Below are positions 8,478 through 17,753 of a stretch of 64,000 nt of DNA, one piece after another. Under the pieces are notes generated by a model. That model had not been told where the DNA came from. It searched no databases and was given only the letters and a program-made list of their open reading frames with translations. The position numbers were made by a program, and so were the translations under genes. The stretch is taken from assembly GCA_964574295.1 (NCBI GenBank), contig CAZNLY010000003.1, positions 56,881 through 120,880 of the forward strand, read 5' to 3'. Source of the stretch: an uncultured Gemmatimonadaceae bacterium. GTDB lineage: Bacteria > Gemmatimonadota > Gemmatimonadetes > Gemmatimonadales > GWC2-71-9. Each line of letters starts with the position of its first letter. Position 1 is the first letter of the stretch.

Positions 8478-10379
8478 ATGTCTCCGACCCAGAGCGCCCC
8501 CGGCGGCCAGCCGGCCTCGGGCGCCCCCGACGTCCGGCAGCGCGCCGTGGTGCGCTTCGCCGGCGACTCCGGCGACGGCATGCAGATCACCGGCTCCCGG
8601 TTCACCGTGGAGACGGCCCTGGCCGGCAGCGACCTCGCCACCTTCCCCGACTTTCCCGCGGAAATCCGCGCCCCGGTCGGCACCACCTTCGGTGTCTCCG
8701 CCTTCCAGATTCATTTCGGATCCGTGGAAGTGGCCACCGCCGGCGACGAGCTCGACGTGCTCGTGGCCATGAATCCGGCGGCCCTCACTACCAACCTGCG
8801 GGACCTCCGCCCCGGCGGCACCCTGATCGTCGATGCCGGGGCCTTCACGGAGCGCAACCTCCTCAAGGCCGGGTACGCCAAGAACCCGCTCGAGGACGGG
8901 AGCCTCTCCGAGTACCGGCTCCTGGCCATCGACATCGGGAAGCTGACCGAGGCCGCCGTCGAGGGGATGGAGATCGGAACGAAGCAGACGGCGCGCTCCC
9001 GCAACATGTGGGCACTTGGGCTGGTGCTCTGGATGTACGGCCGCGACCGCACCGCCACGGTGGACTGGCTGCAGAAGAAGTTCCGCGACGAGCCCGCGGT
9101 GGCGGCGGCCAACGTGGCGGTGCTCAACGCCGGGCACGCCTTCGGCGAGACCGCGGAGCTGCCGAGCTTTCTCCGCCCGGTGCAGGTCGGGGCGGCGCCG
9201 GCGGAACCCGGCGTGTACCGGACCGTGAGCGGGACCGAGGCGGTGGCGTGGGGACTGGTGGCAGGCCTCAAGGCGGCGGGGATCGAGCGGATGGTCTTTT
9301 CGGGGTATCCGATCACCCCGGCGTCGCCGGTGCTCCAGCTGCTGGCCACGCTGCGGGCGCACGGCGTCGTCGCCTTCCAGGCGGAAGACGAGATCGCCGC
9401 GATCGGCGCCGCGATCGGCGCGGCCTTCGCGGGGGCGCTGGGGGTCACCTCGTCGTCGGGCCCCGGGATTGCGCTCAAGACCGAGGCGCTGGGGCTCGCG
9501 ATCGCCACCGAGCTGCCGCTCGTGGTCATCGACTCCCAGCGGGCGGGGCCCTCCACCGGCATGCCCACCAAGACGGAACAGTCCGACCTGTTCCAGGCCG
9601 TCCTCGGCCGCAACGGCGACGCCCCGATGCCGGTCCTGGCGGCGGCGACGCCGTCCGACTGCTTCGACGTGGCCATCGAGGCCGTTCGCCTGGCTACCAA
9701 GTACATGACGCCGGTCTTCCTCCTGACCGACGGCTACCTGGCCAACGCCGCCGAGCCGTGGCGGATTCCCGACCCGGCCACGCTGCCCAGGTTTCCAGTG
9801 CATTTCCGGACCGAGCCGGCGGGGTTCCACCCCTTCCTGCGGGACCCCGCCACGCTGGCCCGGCCATGGGCAGTGCCCGGCACGCCGGGGCTTGAGCACC
9901 GGATCGGCGGCATCGAGCGGAGCGCCTCGTCGGGCAACATCTCCTATGAGCCGGAAAACCACGCCGCGATGACCGCGGCCCGCGCGGCCAAGGTGGCGGG
10001 GATCGCGAGCGACATCCCGGACCAGGCGGTGTCGCAGGGCGAGGACGCGGGGGAGCTGGCCATCGTGGGGTGGGGCTCCACCTTCGGCCCGATTCACATG
10101 GCGGTGCAGCGGGCGCGCGCGGAGGGGCGGCGGGTGTCGCACATCCACCTCCGCTACATCGCGCCCTTCCCGCGAAACCTGGGCGACCTGCTCCGGCGCT
10201 TCGACCGGGTGCTGGTCCCCGAGATGAACAACGGGCAGCTCGTGATGCTGCTCCGGGCCGCCTATCTCCTGCCGGCGGAGCCGCTCACGCAGGTCAACGG
10301 CAAGCCGTTCAAGGTGTCCTCGGTGCTCGAGGCCATCCGGGAACGAACCCGTGGCAACGGGAAGGGAGGTGCCGCATGA
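8478..10379 (+). CDS. korA: 2-oxoglutarate/2-oxoacid:ferredoxin oxidoreductase, alpha subunit (fused gamma-alpha type)
   Basis: From the ATG at 8478: 'VVRFAGDSGDGMQITG...FPAEIRAP.GT..GVS.FQIHF', then 'GYPITPASPVLQ...SSSGPGIALKTEALGLA...ELPLVVIDSQRAGPSTGMPTKTEQSDL'. The Shine-Dalgarno AAGGCAGG lies upstream. Confidence 0.85.
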   Translation: MSPTQSAPGGQPASGAPDVRQRAVVRFAGDSGDGMQITGSRFTVETALAGSDLATFPDFPAEIRAPVGTTFGVSAFQIHFGSVEVATAGDELDVLVAMNPAALTTNLRDLRPGGTLIVDAGAFTERNLLKAGYAKNPLEDGSLSEYRLLAIDIGKLTEAAVEGMEIGTKQTARSRNMWALGLVLWMYGRDRTATVDWLQKKFRDEPAVAAANVAVLNAGHAFGETAELPSFLRPVQVGAAPAEPGVYRTVSGTEAVAWGLVAGLKAAGIERMVFSGYPITPASPVLQLLATLRAHGVVAFQAEDEIAAIGAAIGAAFAGALGVTSSSGPGIALKTEALGLAIATELPLVVIDSQRAGPSTGMPTKTEQSDLFQAVLGRNGDAPMPVLAAATPSDCFDVAIEAVRLATKYMTPVFLLTDGYLANAAEPWRIPDPATLPRFPVHFRTEPAGFHPFLRDPATLARPWAVPGTPGLEHRIGGIERSASSGNISYEPENHAAMTAARAAKVAGIASDIPDQAVSQGEDAGELAIVGWGSTFGPIHMAVQRARAEGRRVSHIHLRYIAPFPRNLGDLLRRFDRVLVPEMNNGQLVMLLRAAYLLPAEPLTQVNGKPFKVSSVLEAIRERTRGNGKGGAA

Positions 10380-11380
10380 CGGCCACCCCGGCGCCGGTCA
10401 AGCTGCAGCCCAAGGACTTCGCCTCCGACCAGGAGGTACGCTGGTGCCCTGGGTGCGGCGACTACGCCATCCTCAAGGCGGTCCACAAGACGCTCGCCGA
10501 CCTCGGCGCCCGGCGGGAGGACACGGTGTTCGTGTCGGGCATCGGCTGCTCCTCGCGCTTTCCGTATTACATGTCCACCTACGGGTTCCACACGGTGCAC
10601 GGCCGGGCGCCCGCCATCGCGACGGGGGTCAAGCTGGCCAACCCCGCGCTCGACGTCTGGGTCATGACCGGCGACGGCGACGGGCTCTCGATCGGCGGGA
10701 ACCACATGCTGCACGTGCTGCGGCGGAACGTGGACCTGCAGATCATCCTCTTCAACAACGAGATCTACGGGCTCACCAAGGGGCAGTATTCGCCCACGTC
10801 TCGGCAGGGGACCAAGAGCCCCACCTCGCCCCAGGGCTCGATCGAGCTGCCGCTCTCGGCGGCCACCTTTGCCCTGGGCGCCGGGGGGCGCTTTGTGGCG
10901 CGCGGCATCGACACCCAGCAGGCGCCGCTGGTCGAGGTGCTCAAGCGGGCGCACGCCCACCGGGGCGCCTCGTTCGTCGAGGTGTTCCAGAACTGCATCG
11001 TCTTCAACGACGGGGTGTTCGACGAGTTCACCGAGCGGGAGGTGGCCGACGACCGGCAGGTGCACGTGCGGCACGGCCAGCCGCTGCTCTTCGGGAAGGA
11101 CCGGAAGTCGGGGCTGCGGTTCGACCCGTCATCGCTCGCGCTCGAGGTGGTGCGCCTGGGCGAGGGTGGGGCGGCGATGGAGGACATCCTGGTCCACGAC
11201 GAGACCAACCGGGCGCTGGCGGGGATGCTGGCGGCGCTGCAGCCGCCGGACCCGGTGGCGATCGGGGTGCTCTACTGCTCACCGGCCCCGGACTACACCA
11301 CCGCCGTGTACCAGCAGCCGGCCGCCGGGTCGGCGGACCTCGGCGCGCTGCTCAGGCAGGGCAAGACCTGGACGGTCTGA
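10376..11380 (+). CDS. korB: 2-oxoacid:ferredoxin oxidoreductase, beta subunit (TPP-binding)
   Basis: '[14 protein letters not shown]...[23 protein letters not shown]...[15 protein letters not shown]...[11 protein letters not shown]'. The ATG overlaps the korA stop (ATGA at 10376-10379). Confidence 0.85.
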   Translation: MTATPAPVKLQPKDFASDQEVRWCPGCGDYAILKAVHKTLADLGARREDTVFVSGIGCSSRFPYYMSTYGFHTVHGRAPAIATGVKLANPALDVWVMTGDGDGLSIGGNHMLHVLRRNVDLQIILFNNEIYGLTKGQYSPTSRQGTKSPTSPQGSIELPLSAATFALGAGGRFVARGIDTQQAPLVEVLKRAHAHRGASFVEVFQNCIVFNDGVFDEFTEREVADDRQVHVRHGQPLLFGKDRKSGLRFDPSSLALEVVRLGEGGAAMEDILVHDETNRALAGMLAALQPPDPVAIGVLYCSPAPDYTTAVYQQPAAGSADLGALLRQGKTWTV

Positions 11381-11402
11381 GCCTCGCTACCGCGCGAGGC
11401 TC
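11379..11402. terminator. 9-bp GC hairpin at the convergent korB/hppA junction (candidate bidirectional terminator)
   Basis: GAGCCTCGC (11379-11387), loop TACCGC, then GCGAGGCTC (11394-11402). The korB TGA (11378-80) and the hppA TAG (complement of 11387-89) both lie inside the structure. There is no U-tract. Confidence 0.35.
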
Positions 11403-13438
11403 GCGAACCAGGGGGCCAGCACCAGGCTCACCACGCTCATGAGCTTGATCAGGATGTTCATCGCCGGCCCGGCGGTGTCCTTGAACGGGTCGCCCACCGT
11501 ATCGCCCACGACGGCCGCCTTGTGCGGGTCGCTCCCCTTGCCGCCGTGGGCGCCTCCCTCGATCTGCTTCTTGGCGTTGTCCCACGCGCCGCCGGCGTTG
11601 GCCATGAAGAGCGCCAGGAGGACGCCCGACACCGTCGCCCCCGCCAGCAGGCCGCCCAGCGCCTCCACCCCGAGGAGCGCACCCACGAGCACGGGCGCCA
11701 GGAGGGCGGTCACCCCCGGCACGATCATCTCGCGGAGTGCCGCGCGGGTGGAGATGTCCACGCAGCGCGCGCTGTCCGGCGGGGCGGTCCCCTCCATCAA
11801 CCCGGCGATCTCGCGGAACTGACGGCGCACCTCGTCCACCATCCCCTGGGCGGCGCGGCCGACGGCGGTCATCGTGAGCGCGCCGATGACGAACGGCAGC
11901 GCCCCGCCGATGAACATCCCGACCACCACCCGCGGGTCCACCATGTCCAGCCGAAGCACCTCGCCGGGCGGCGCCACCGCCGTGGCGAAGGCGGAGAAGA
12001 GGGCGAGCGCCGTGAGCGCCGCCGACCCGATGGCAAAGCCCTTGCCGATGGCCGCGGTGGTGTTGCCGAGGGCATCGAGGCCGTCGGTAATGCGGCGGAC
12101 CTCGGGCCCGAGCCCGCTCATCTCGCTGATGCCGCCGGCGTTGTCGGCGATCGGGCCGTAGGCGTCCACCGTCATCGTCACGCCGACGGTGGCGAGCATC
12201 CCCACCGCGGCGATCGCGATGCCGTAGAGATCGGCCGCCCAGTAGGAGGCGACGATGGCGCCGGCAATGAGAAGGATCGGGAGCAGGGTGGACATCATCC
12301 CGACCGACAGGCCGGCGATGATGTTGGTGGCGGGGCCGGTGGTGGAGGCGCGGGCGATGTCCGTCACCGGCCGCCCCGAGGTGTAGTACTCGGTCACCGC
12401 CCCGATCGCGACGCCCGCGATGGTGCCGGCGAGGACGGCGTAGAAGGCGCCCAGCGCCGGCCGGCCGGCCATCCCCAGGGGATGGCGGCTGGCCAGCCAC
12501 CAGGCCGCCGCGAGGAAGAGCACGGCCGCGACGAACGTCGTGGTGCGCATGGCGGTGGCCGGGTTGCCCTGCCGGAGCACGCGCATCGCGGCAATGCCCA
12601 CGAGGGAGGCGCCGAGGCCGGCCAGCACCAGGAGGATCGGGAGGGCGACGGCGTGCGCCCGGAAGGCGTTGGGAATGGCGGGGCTCGACGCGGCAAGCGC
12701 GAGGGTCGCGATGACGGCGCCGACGTAGCTCTCGAAGATGTCGGCGCCCATCCCGGCCACGTCGCCGACGTTGTCGCCGACGTTGTCGGCGATCGTGGCC
12801 GGGTTCCGGGGGTCGTCCTCCGGGATCCCCGCCTCCACCTTGCCGACCAGGTCGGCGCCGACATCGGCCGCCTTGGTGTAGATGCCGCCGCCCACCCGCG
12901 CAAAGAGCGCGATCGACGACGCCCCCATGGCGAACCCGCTCACGATCTCGGCATAGGCGAGGAACCCCGGCGAACCCGCCGCGCCCGGGGCCAGCGCCAG
13001 CCAGGATACCGTCCCGATGCCGAGGAGCCCGAGCGCCGCAACGGCCAGGCCCATCACCGCCCCCCCCTGGTAGGCGAGGGAGAGCGCCTTCCCCTGGCCC
13101 TGCGCGCGCGCCGCTTCCGCCGTCCGGACGTTGGCCTTGGTCGCCGCCTTCATCCCGACCAGTCCGGCCAGCACCGAGCAGAGCCCGCCGAAGAGGTAGG
13201 CCGCCCCGGTCCAGGGGCCGATGGCCCACGAGAGCAGCGCGGCCACGCCGAGGAGGAAGGGCGCCAGCGCCAGGTACTCACGGCGGAGGAACGCCATGGC
13301 CCCGCGCTCGATGAGGCCCGCGATTTCCTGCATCCGGGGCGATCCCGCCGGTTGACGAGTGACCGCACGGTAGATCCCGAGGGCCACCAGCAGCCCGGCG
13401 ACGCCGCCGGCCGTGGCGAGGAGCGGGAAGGGGGTCAT
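11387..13438 (-). CDS. hppA: Membrane-bound proton-translocating pyrophosphatase
   Basis: '[53 protein letters not shown]' and '[15 protein letters not shown]', '[18 protein letters not shown]', '[11 protein letters not shown]'. The ATG at 13438 overlaps the pth stop (ATGA). Confidence 0.9.
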   Translation of the reverse strand: MTPFPLLATAGGVAGLLVALGIYRAVTRQPAGSPRMQEIAGLIERGAMAFLRREYLALAPFLLGVAALLSWAIGPWTGAAYLFGGLCSVLAGLVGMKAATKANVRTAEAARAQGQGKALSLAYQGGAVMGLAVAALGLLGIGTVSWLALAPGAAGSPGFLAYAEIVSGFAMGASSIALFARVGGGIYTKAADVGADLVGKVEAGIPEDDPRNPATIADNVGDNVGDVAGMGADIFESYVGAVIATLALAASSPAIPNAFRAHAVALPILLVLAGLGASLVGIAAMRVLRQGNPATAMRTTTFVAAVLFLAAAWWLASRHPLGMAGRPALGAFYAVLAGTIAGVAIGAVTEYYTSGRPVTDIARASTTGPATNIIAGLSVGMMSTLLPILLIAGAIVASYWAADLYGIAIAAVGMLATVGVTMTVDAYGPIADNAGGISEMSGLGPEVRRITDGLDALGNTTAAIGKGFAIGSAALTALALFSAFATAVAPPGEVLRLDMVDPRVVVGMFIGGALPFVIGALTMTAVGRAAQGMVDEVRRQFREIAGLMEGTAPPDSARCVDISTRAALREMIVPGVTALLAPVLVGALLGVEALGGLLAGATVSGVLLALFMANAGGAWDNAKKQIEGGAHGGKGSDPHKAAVVGDTVGDPFKDTAGPAMNILIKLMSVVSLVLAPWFASLAR

Positions 13439-14001
13439 GCGTTGTAGCGGTTCATGGCGGCCTCGATCCCGTCGGCGAGCCAGCACTCGACGGCCTCGGC
13501 CATGGGATCGAGGAGGGGCGCGATCTGCTCCCACTCCTCGGCGGGGAACTCCTCGAGGACGAACTCGGCCAGGTCGTCGAGGCCGGCGGGCACGGGGCCC
13601 ACCCCGATGCGGAGCCGGGCGTAGTCCTGGCGCTGGAGCGCCCCCTCCACGCTCTTGAGCCCGTTATGCCCGCCGGCCGACCCGGCGCCCCGGAGCCGGA
13701 ATCGTCCCACCGGGAGGGCCACGTCGTCCACCAGGACCAGCAGGTGCTTGGAGGGGTCGAACCCCGGAAACGAACGGAGCGGGGCCAGCGCGGCCCCGCT
13801 CCGGTTCATGTAGGTCGTCGGCTTGACGAGGCGGACCTCGAGGCCGTCGCGCGTGCCACCCGCCACTCGCGCCCGCTCCGCGCGGCGGAACCCGCCGAGG
13901 TGCCAGCGACGGGCGAGGTGGTCGGCCAGGCGGAATCCCGCATTGTGCCGGGTCCGCTCATACTCCGGCCCGGGATTGCCGAGCCCGAGGATGGCGCGCA
14001 G
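13435..14001 (-). CDS. pth: Peptidyl-tRNA hydrolase. The start is uncertain and is probably the CTG at 14001.
   Basis: The track ORF (13435..13866) lacks the conserved N-terminus. The same frame upstream reads '[23 protein letters not shown]', the Pth catalytic N-terminus. There is no ATG, GTG or TTG upstream of 13866 in this frame. The CTG at 14001-13999 lies 4 nt after the rplY stop. Confidence 0.8.
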   Translation of the reverse strand: MRAILGLGNPGPEYERTRHNAGFRLADHLARRWHLGGFRRAERARVAGGTRDGLEVRLVKPTTYMNRSGAALAPLRSFPGFDPSKHLLVLVDDVALPVGRFRLRGAGSAGGHNGLKSVEGALQRQDYARLRIGVGPVPAGLDDLAEFVLEEFPAEEWEQIAPLLDPMAEAVECWLADGIEAAMNRYNA

Positions 14002-14005
14002 TGCG

Positions 14006-14665
14006 CTATTCCTTCGCTTCCTCGGCCTCGTCCTCGGCCTTCGGCTTCCGGATGAGCTCCGGCTCCGCCGTCGTGGCCTCGGCCGTCGGGGCGGCCACCT
14101 CTTCGGCCCGCGGCGCCACCACGGTGCAGACCACGGCGTTCGGGTCGGTCAGGATCTGGCCGTTGGCCAGGGAGAGGTCGCGCACGAACATCGAGTGCCC
14201 GATGGTCAGCGCGGTCACGTCCACCTCGAGCCGCTCCGGGATGTCCGCCGGGAGGACCCGGATTTCGACGTCGCGGCTCACGAAGTCGAGCACACCGCCG
14301 AAGTTCCGGACGCCGTCGGGGACGCCGTTGAGGTGGATGGCCACCCGCACCGTGACTTCCTCGTCGGCGTGGATCTCGTAGAGGTCCATGTGCACGATGG
14401 TCGAGGAGCGGAGCGCGTCGCGCTGGATCTCGCGGATGAGCGCCTTGACCGGGGCCCGGCCGTCGACCGTCACGTCGAGGACGGTGCTGGCCGTCATGCC
14501 GGGGAGCACGCGGGAGAGGAGCGTCGCGTCGATGGCGAGCGGCTCCGGTTCACGACCGTGGCCGTAGATGACGGCGGGAATCTGCCCCGCGCGACGGAGC
14601 GCACGCGCGCTGCCGGTTCCGGTCTGCTGGCGGGAGGCCGCCGTGAGGTTCACCTGGGTTGCCAT
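14006..14665 (-). CDS. rplY: 50S ribosomal protein L25/general stress protein Ctc
   Basis: 'LTAASRQQTGTGSARALRRAGQIPAVIYGHG...' with a long C-terminal domain and acidic tail, 219 aa. Confidence 0.85.
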   Translation of the reverse strand: MATQVNLTAASRQQTGTGSARALRRAGQIPAVIYGHGREPEPLAIDATLLSRVLPGMTASTVLDVTVDGRAPVKALIREIQRDALRSSTIVHMDLYEIHADEEVTVRVAIHLNGVPDGVRNFGGVLDFVSRDVEIRVLPADIPERLEVDVTALTIGHSMFVRDLSLANGQILTDPNAVVCTVVAPRAEEVAAPTAEATTAEPELIRKPKAEDEAEEAKE

Positions 14666-14685
14666 GATCCAATCCTTCGGGTAAC

Positions 14686-14701
14686 GGGCGCCGCGGCGCC
14701 C
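14686..14701 (-). other. Perfect 16-nt GC palindrome directly after the prs stop codon
   Basis: GGGCGCCGCGGCGCCC abuts the prs TGA (complement of 14702-04). It lies 20 nt upstream of the rplY ATG, which has the Shine-Dalgarno GAAGGA. Possible attenuator or processing hairpin. Confidence 0.3.
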
Positions 14702-15655
14702 TCAATCGAACAGCGAGCTGACCGACTGGTCGCTGTGGGTATATCCGACCGCCTTGGCCAGGAGGCCCGCGATCGAGAGTACGGTGAGCTGCGGAAACCG
14801 CCGCTCGGGCGGAATGGCGATCGTGTTCGTGACCACCACTTCCTTGACGGGCGACTTCGTGAGCCGCTCCACGGCCGGCCCCGAGAGCAGGGCGTGGGTG
14901 GCGCAGCAGTAGACGTCGCGGGCGCCCAGCCGCTTGAGCGCGTGCACCGCCTCGGACATCGTCCCGGCGGTGTCGATCATGTCGTCCGGGATGACGCAAT
15001 CCCGGTCGGCCACCTCGCCGACGACGTTGACGACCTCGGCGATGTTGGCCGACGGGCGCCGCTTGTCGATGATGGCCAGCGTGGCGTTGAGCCGCTTGGC
15101 GAACCCGCGGGCCATCTTGGCCGAGCCGACGTCGGGCGCCACCACCACCGGATCCGTCAGGCGGATCTGGCGGAAGTGGTTCACGAACGCCGGCGCCGCA
15201 TACAGGTGGTCCACCGGGATGTCGAAGAACCCCTGCATCTGGTGCTGGTGGAAATCCATGCCCAGCACGCGATCGGCCCCGGCCATCGTCACCATGTTGG
15301 CCACGAGCCGCGCGCTGATGGCCACCCGCGGCTGGTCCTTGCGGTCCTGCCGCGCATACCCGAAGTAGGGAATGACGGCGGTGACCCGCGCCGCACTCGC
15401 CCGCTTGGCCGCGTCGATCAGGAGCAGCAGCTCCATGAGGTTGTCGGCGGGCGGGTTCGTGGACTGGATGAGGTAGACATCCCGCCCGCGGACGTTTTCG
15501 TCGATCTTGACGAAAATCTCGCCGTCGGCAAACCGCTTGATCGTCACCTTGCAGAGCGGCGTGGCAAGGTGCTGCGCCACTTCCTCGCCCAACGGCCGGT
15601 TGGCCGTTCCGCTGAGGAGCAGCATCTGGCTGCGTTCAAAGGAAATGGGCGCCAT
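14702..15655 (-). CDS. prs: Ribose-phosphate pyrophosphokinase
   Basis: 'LLLSGTANRPLGEEVAQHL...DGEIFVKIDENVRGRDVYLIQST..PAD.NLMELLLLIDA.KRASA.RVTAVIPYFGYARQDRK'. Alternative in-frame ATGs lie at 15670 and 15622. Confidence 0.9.
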   Translation of the reverse strand: MAPISFERSQMLLLSGTANRPLGEEVAQHLATPLCKVTIKRFADGEIFVKIDENVRGRDVYLIQSTNPPADNLMELLLLIDAAKRASAARVTAVIPYFGYARQDRKDQPRVAISARLVANMVTMAGADRVLGMDFHQHQMQGFFDIPVDHLYAAPAFVNHFRQIRLTDPVVVAPDVGSAKMARGFAKRLNATLAIIDKRRPSANIAEVVNVVGEVADRDCVIPDDMIDTAGTMSEAVHALKRLGARDVYCCATHALLSGPAVERLTKSPVKEVVVTNTIAIPPERRFPQLTVLSIAGLLAKAVGYTHSDQSVSSLFD

Positions 15656-15665
15656 AGAGCCCCCA

Positions 15666-15695
15666 AACATAACCGTGAGACTCGGGGCGAGTCAA
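15666..15695 (-). promoter_or_regulatory. Sigma70-like promoter candidate upstream of, and overlapping, the prs 5' end
   Basis: The minus strand reads TTGACT (15695-15690), an 18-nt spacer, then TATGTT (15671-15666). The predicted TSS near 15659 is only about 4-5 nt before the ATG at 15655. The ATG at 15670 lies inside the -10 element. Confidence 0.3.
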
Positions 15696-15733
15696 CTTGC
15701 GCGCTGACAACGGGATGGAGGGCGGGGGGAGGA

Positions 15734-15804
15734 TTGGCCCTGGTGGATTCGAACCACCATTCGCAGATCCAAAGTCTGCTGTCCTGCCATTGGACGAAGG
15801 GCCA
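15734..15804 (-). tRNA. tRNA-Gln (anticodon UUG)
   Basis: Manual fold of 71 nt: acceptor TGGCCCT/AGGGCCA, D arm GTCC..GGAC, anticodon arm GCAGA-CTTTGGA-TCTGC, T arm GGTGG-TTCGAAT-CCACC, discriminator A. CCA is not encoded. Confidence 0.9.
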
Positions 15805-15877
15805 GCGACCCCAAAGGTAAAGCGTTGGGGCGGAAGGAGAAAGGAGCGGCGCCCGGCGATCCTGCCGACGCGGCGGG

Positions 15878-16741
15878 TCAGCCTCCCACCATGATCGGGA
15901 TGAGCCGCCCGTGCTTCCGCCCCAACATCAGTTCGGCCTCCGACCGCTCGGCCGGTGTCCGGTACACGGCAGCGAGGGTGGATCCGGAGCCGGTCATCCG
16001 GCAGAGGAGAGGATGCGTGGCCGCGAGCGCCTCGAACGACGCGCGGAGCGCCGGCCGCCGCGCAAAGACCACCGATTCGAAGTCATTGCCGGACATCCGC
16101 GCCACGTCGCCCCAGGTGCGGAGGGCCTCGAGGTCGAGCGCCAGTCCGCCGCGGCGCCGACTCTCCGCGCCCTCATCCACCCAGGCGTAGGCGTCCCGCG
16201 TGGAGACCCCTTCACCCGGAACCACCAGGAGCGCGGGCGCCGCCGGCAGCGGCGGCAGGCGGAGCATCCGGTCGCCGTGTCCCCAGCCGAGTGCCAGGCG
16301 GGCTCCGCTCAGGAAGAAGGGGACGTCGCTGCCGAGCCGCGCGGCGAACTGCAGCAGTTCGTGGCGCGGGACGGCGTTGCCGGCGAGCTGGTTGGTGAGC
16401 GTCAGCGCGGCGGCCGCGTCGCTGGAGCCGCCTCCCAGCCCAGCCTCCACCGGCACGCGCTTCTCGAGGGTCAGGTGGACCCCGAACCGGCGGCCGGTGG
16501 CCTGCAACACCATGTTGGCCGCTCGCACCGCCAGGTTGTCGGCCGGCGGGCCGAGCTCCGCGCCCCGTACCTCGATGGTGGCGGCGCCGCCATCGCGCCG
16601 TTCGGCGGTGAGCTCATCGGCCAGGTCGGTCAGGCAGAAGAGGGTCTCGATGCCGTGGTAGCCGTCGGCCTCCCGCGCCAGCACCCGGAGGAACAGGTTC
16701 AGCTTTGCCGGGGCGCGCTGCACCAGCCGCTCGTCAGGCAT
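15878..16741 (-). CDS. ispE: 4-(cytidine 5'-diphospho)-2-C-methyl-D-erythritol kinase
   Basis: 'APAKLNLFLRVL.READGYH.IETLF...KR.PVEAGLGGGSSDAAAAL' (GHMP kinase motif). The ATG at 16741 overlaps the upstream gene by 8 nt. Confidence 0.85.
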   Translation of the reverse strand: MPDERLVQRAPAKLNLFLRVLAREADGYHGIETLFCLTDLADELTAERRDGGAATIEVRGAELGPPADNLAVRAANMVLQATGRRFGVHLTLEKRVPVEAGLGGGSSDAAAALTLTNQLAGNAVPRHELLQFAARLGSDVPFFLSGARLALGWGHGDRMLRLPPLPAAPALLVVPGEGVSTRDAYAWVDEGAESRRRGGLALDLEALRTWGDVARMSGNDFESVVFARRPALRASFEALAATHPLLCRMTGSGSTLAAVYRTPAERSEAELMLGRKHGRLIPIMVGG

Positions 16742-17753
16742 TCGCCGGTCCCTCGCGCGCCGTCGACGCCAGGCCGAGGCCGGTCCGGGCCGCCGACCAC
16801 GCACCGAGCAGGGTGATGGGAATGAAGGTGGTCACGTGGTAGCCCACCGCGTAGGCCACCGCCTGGCTCGCCCCGATGCCGTACACGCCGAGCACCGCCG
16901 TGATGACCGCCTCGAACGGGCCCACGTACCCGGGGGCCGAGGGGATGGCGATGCCGAAGGCGAGGATCCCCTGCAGCACCACCGCGCCCCGGTAGCCGAC
17001 CGGCAGGTCGAACGCCTGAAATGCCAGGTAGAAGGAGAGTGCGTTCGCCAGCCAGAGGACGACTGACCAGGCCACGACGCCGGCGAGGCGGCCCGGCGAC
17101 CGGAGCACCCCGAGCCCCTGCCTAAGTCCCTCGAGGAGCTCGATGAGGCGGAGCGCCACCCGGTCCGACCGAATGAGCCGCCGCACCACCCGTTCGGCGG
17201 CAATGGGGAAGGTCACCACGAGCCCCGCGGCGACGAGCGCGGCGGCGGCGAGGGCGCCGGCGGTGGTGGCAGCGTGGCGGATCGGAATCCCGCCGATCTG
17301 GAGGTCGGGCGGCATCCCGGGCAGCAGCAGCCCCAGTGCCAGGAGGCCCACCACCGTGAGCGCATCGAAGACCCGTTCCACGCCGATGGAGGCCAGGGAG
17401 GTCGAGAGCCTGGCGCCAGTGAGGCGGCTCCCCGCGACGGTGCGCACGAGTTCACCGGCGCGAAACGGGAGGAGGTTGTTGGCGGCGAACCCCATCGCCA
17501 CGGCGTGCCAGAGCGGGATCCAGGGGTAGGCGCCGCCGTCCTCGCGCCGGAGCAGGAGGCGCCAGCGGAAGACGCGGAGGGGAAAGAGCAGCGTGGCCGC
17601 GACGACCGCCGCCAGCAGCCAGCCCGCCCGGACCGCGCGCAGGTAGCCCAGGGTGGAATCGAGATCGACCTGCCGGAAGGCCCACCAGAGGAGCAGGGCG
17701 GAGAGCGCGACCGCCAGGATGGCGTGCGTCGCGCGGTGCCGCGCGGGAATCAC
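16734..17753 (-). CDS. Lysylphosphatidylglycerol-synthase-TM-region / UPF0104 (flippase-like) membrane protein
   Basis: 339 aa with about 8 TM helices. 'FRWRLLL...', 'GFAANNLLPFRAGELVR' and 'PSAPGYVGPFEA' are typical of this family. The GTG start overlaps the upstream stop (GTGA at 17750-17753). Confidence 0.7.
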   Translation of the reverse strand: MIPARHRATHAILAVALSALLLWWAFRQVDLDSTLGYLRAVRAGWLLAAVVAATLLFPLRVFRWRLLLRREDGGAYPWIPLWHAVAMGFAANNLLPFRAGELVRTVAGSRLTGARLSTSLASIGVERVFDALTVVGLLALGLLLPGMPPDLQIGGIPIRHAATTAGALAAAALVAAGLVVTFPIAAERVVRRLIRSDRVALRLIELLEGLRQGLGVLRSPGRLAGVVAWSVVLWLANALSFYLAFQAFDLPVGYRGAVVLQGILAFGIAIPSAPGYVGPFEAVITAVLGVYGIGASQAVAYAVGYHVTTFIPITLLGAWSAARTGLGLASTAREGPANA

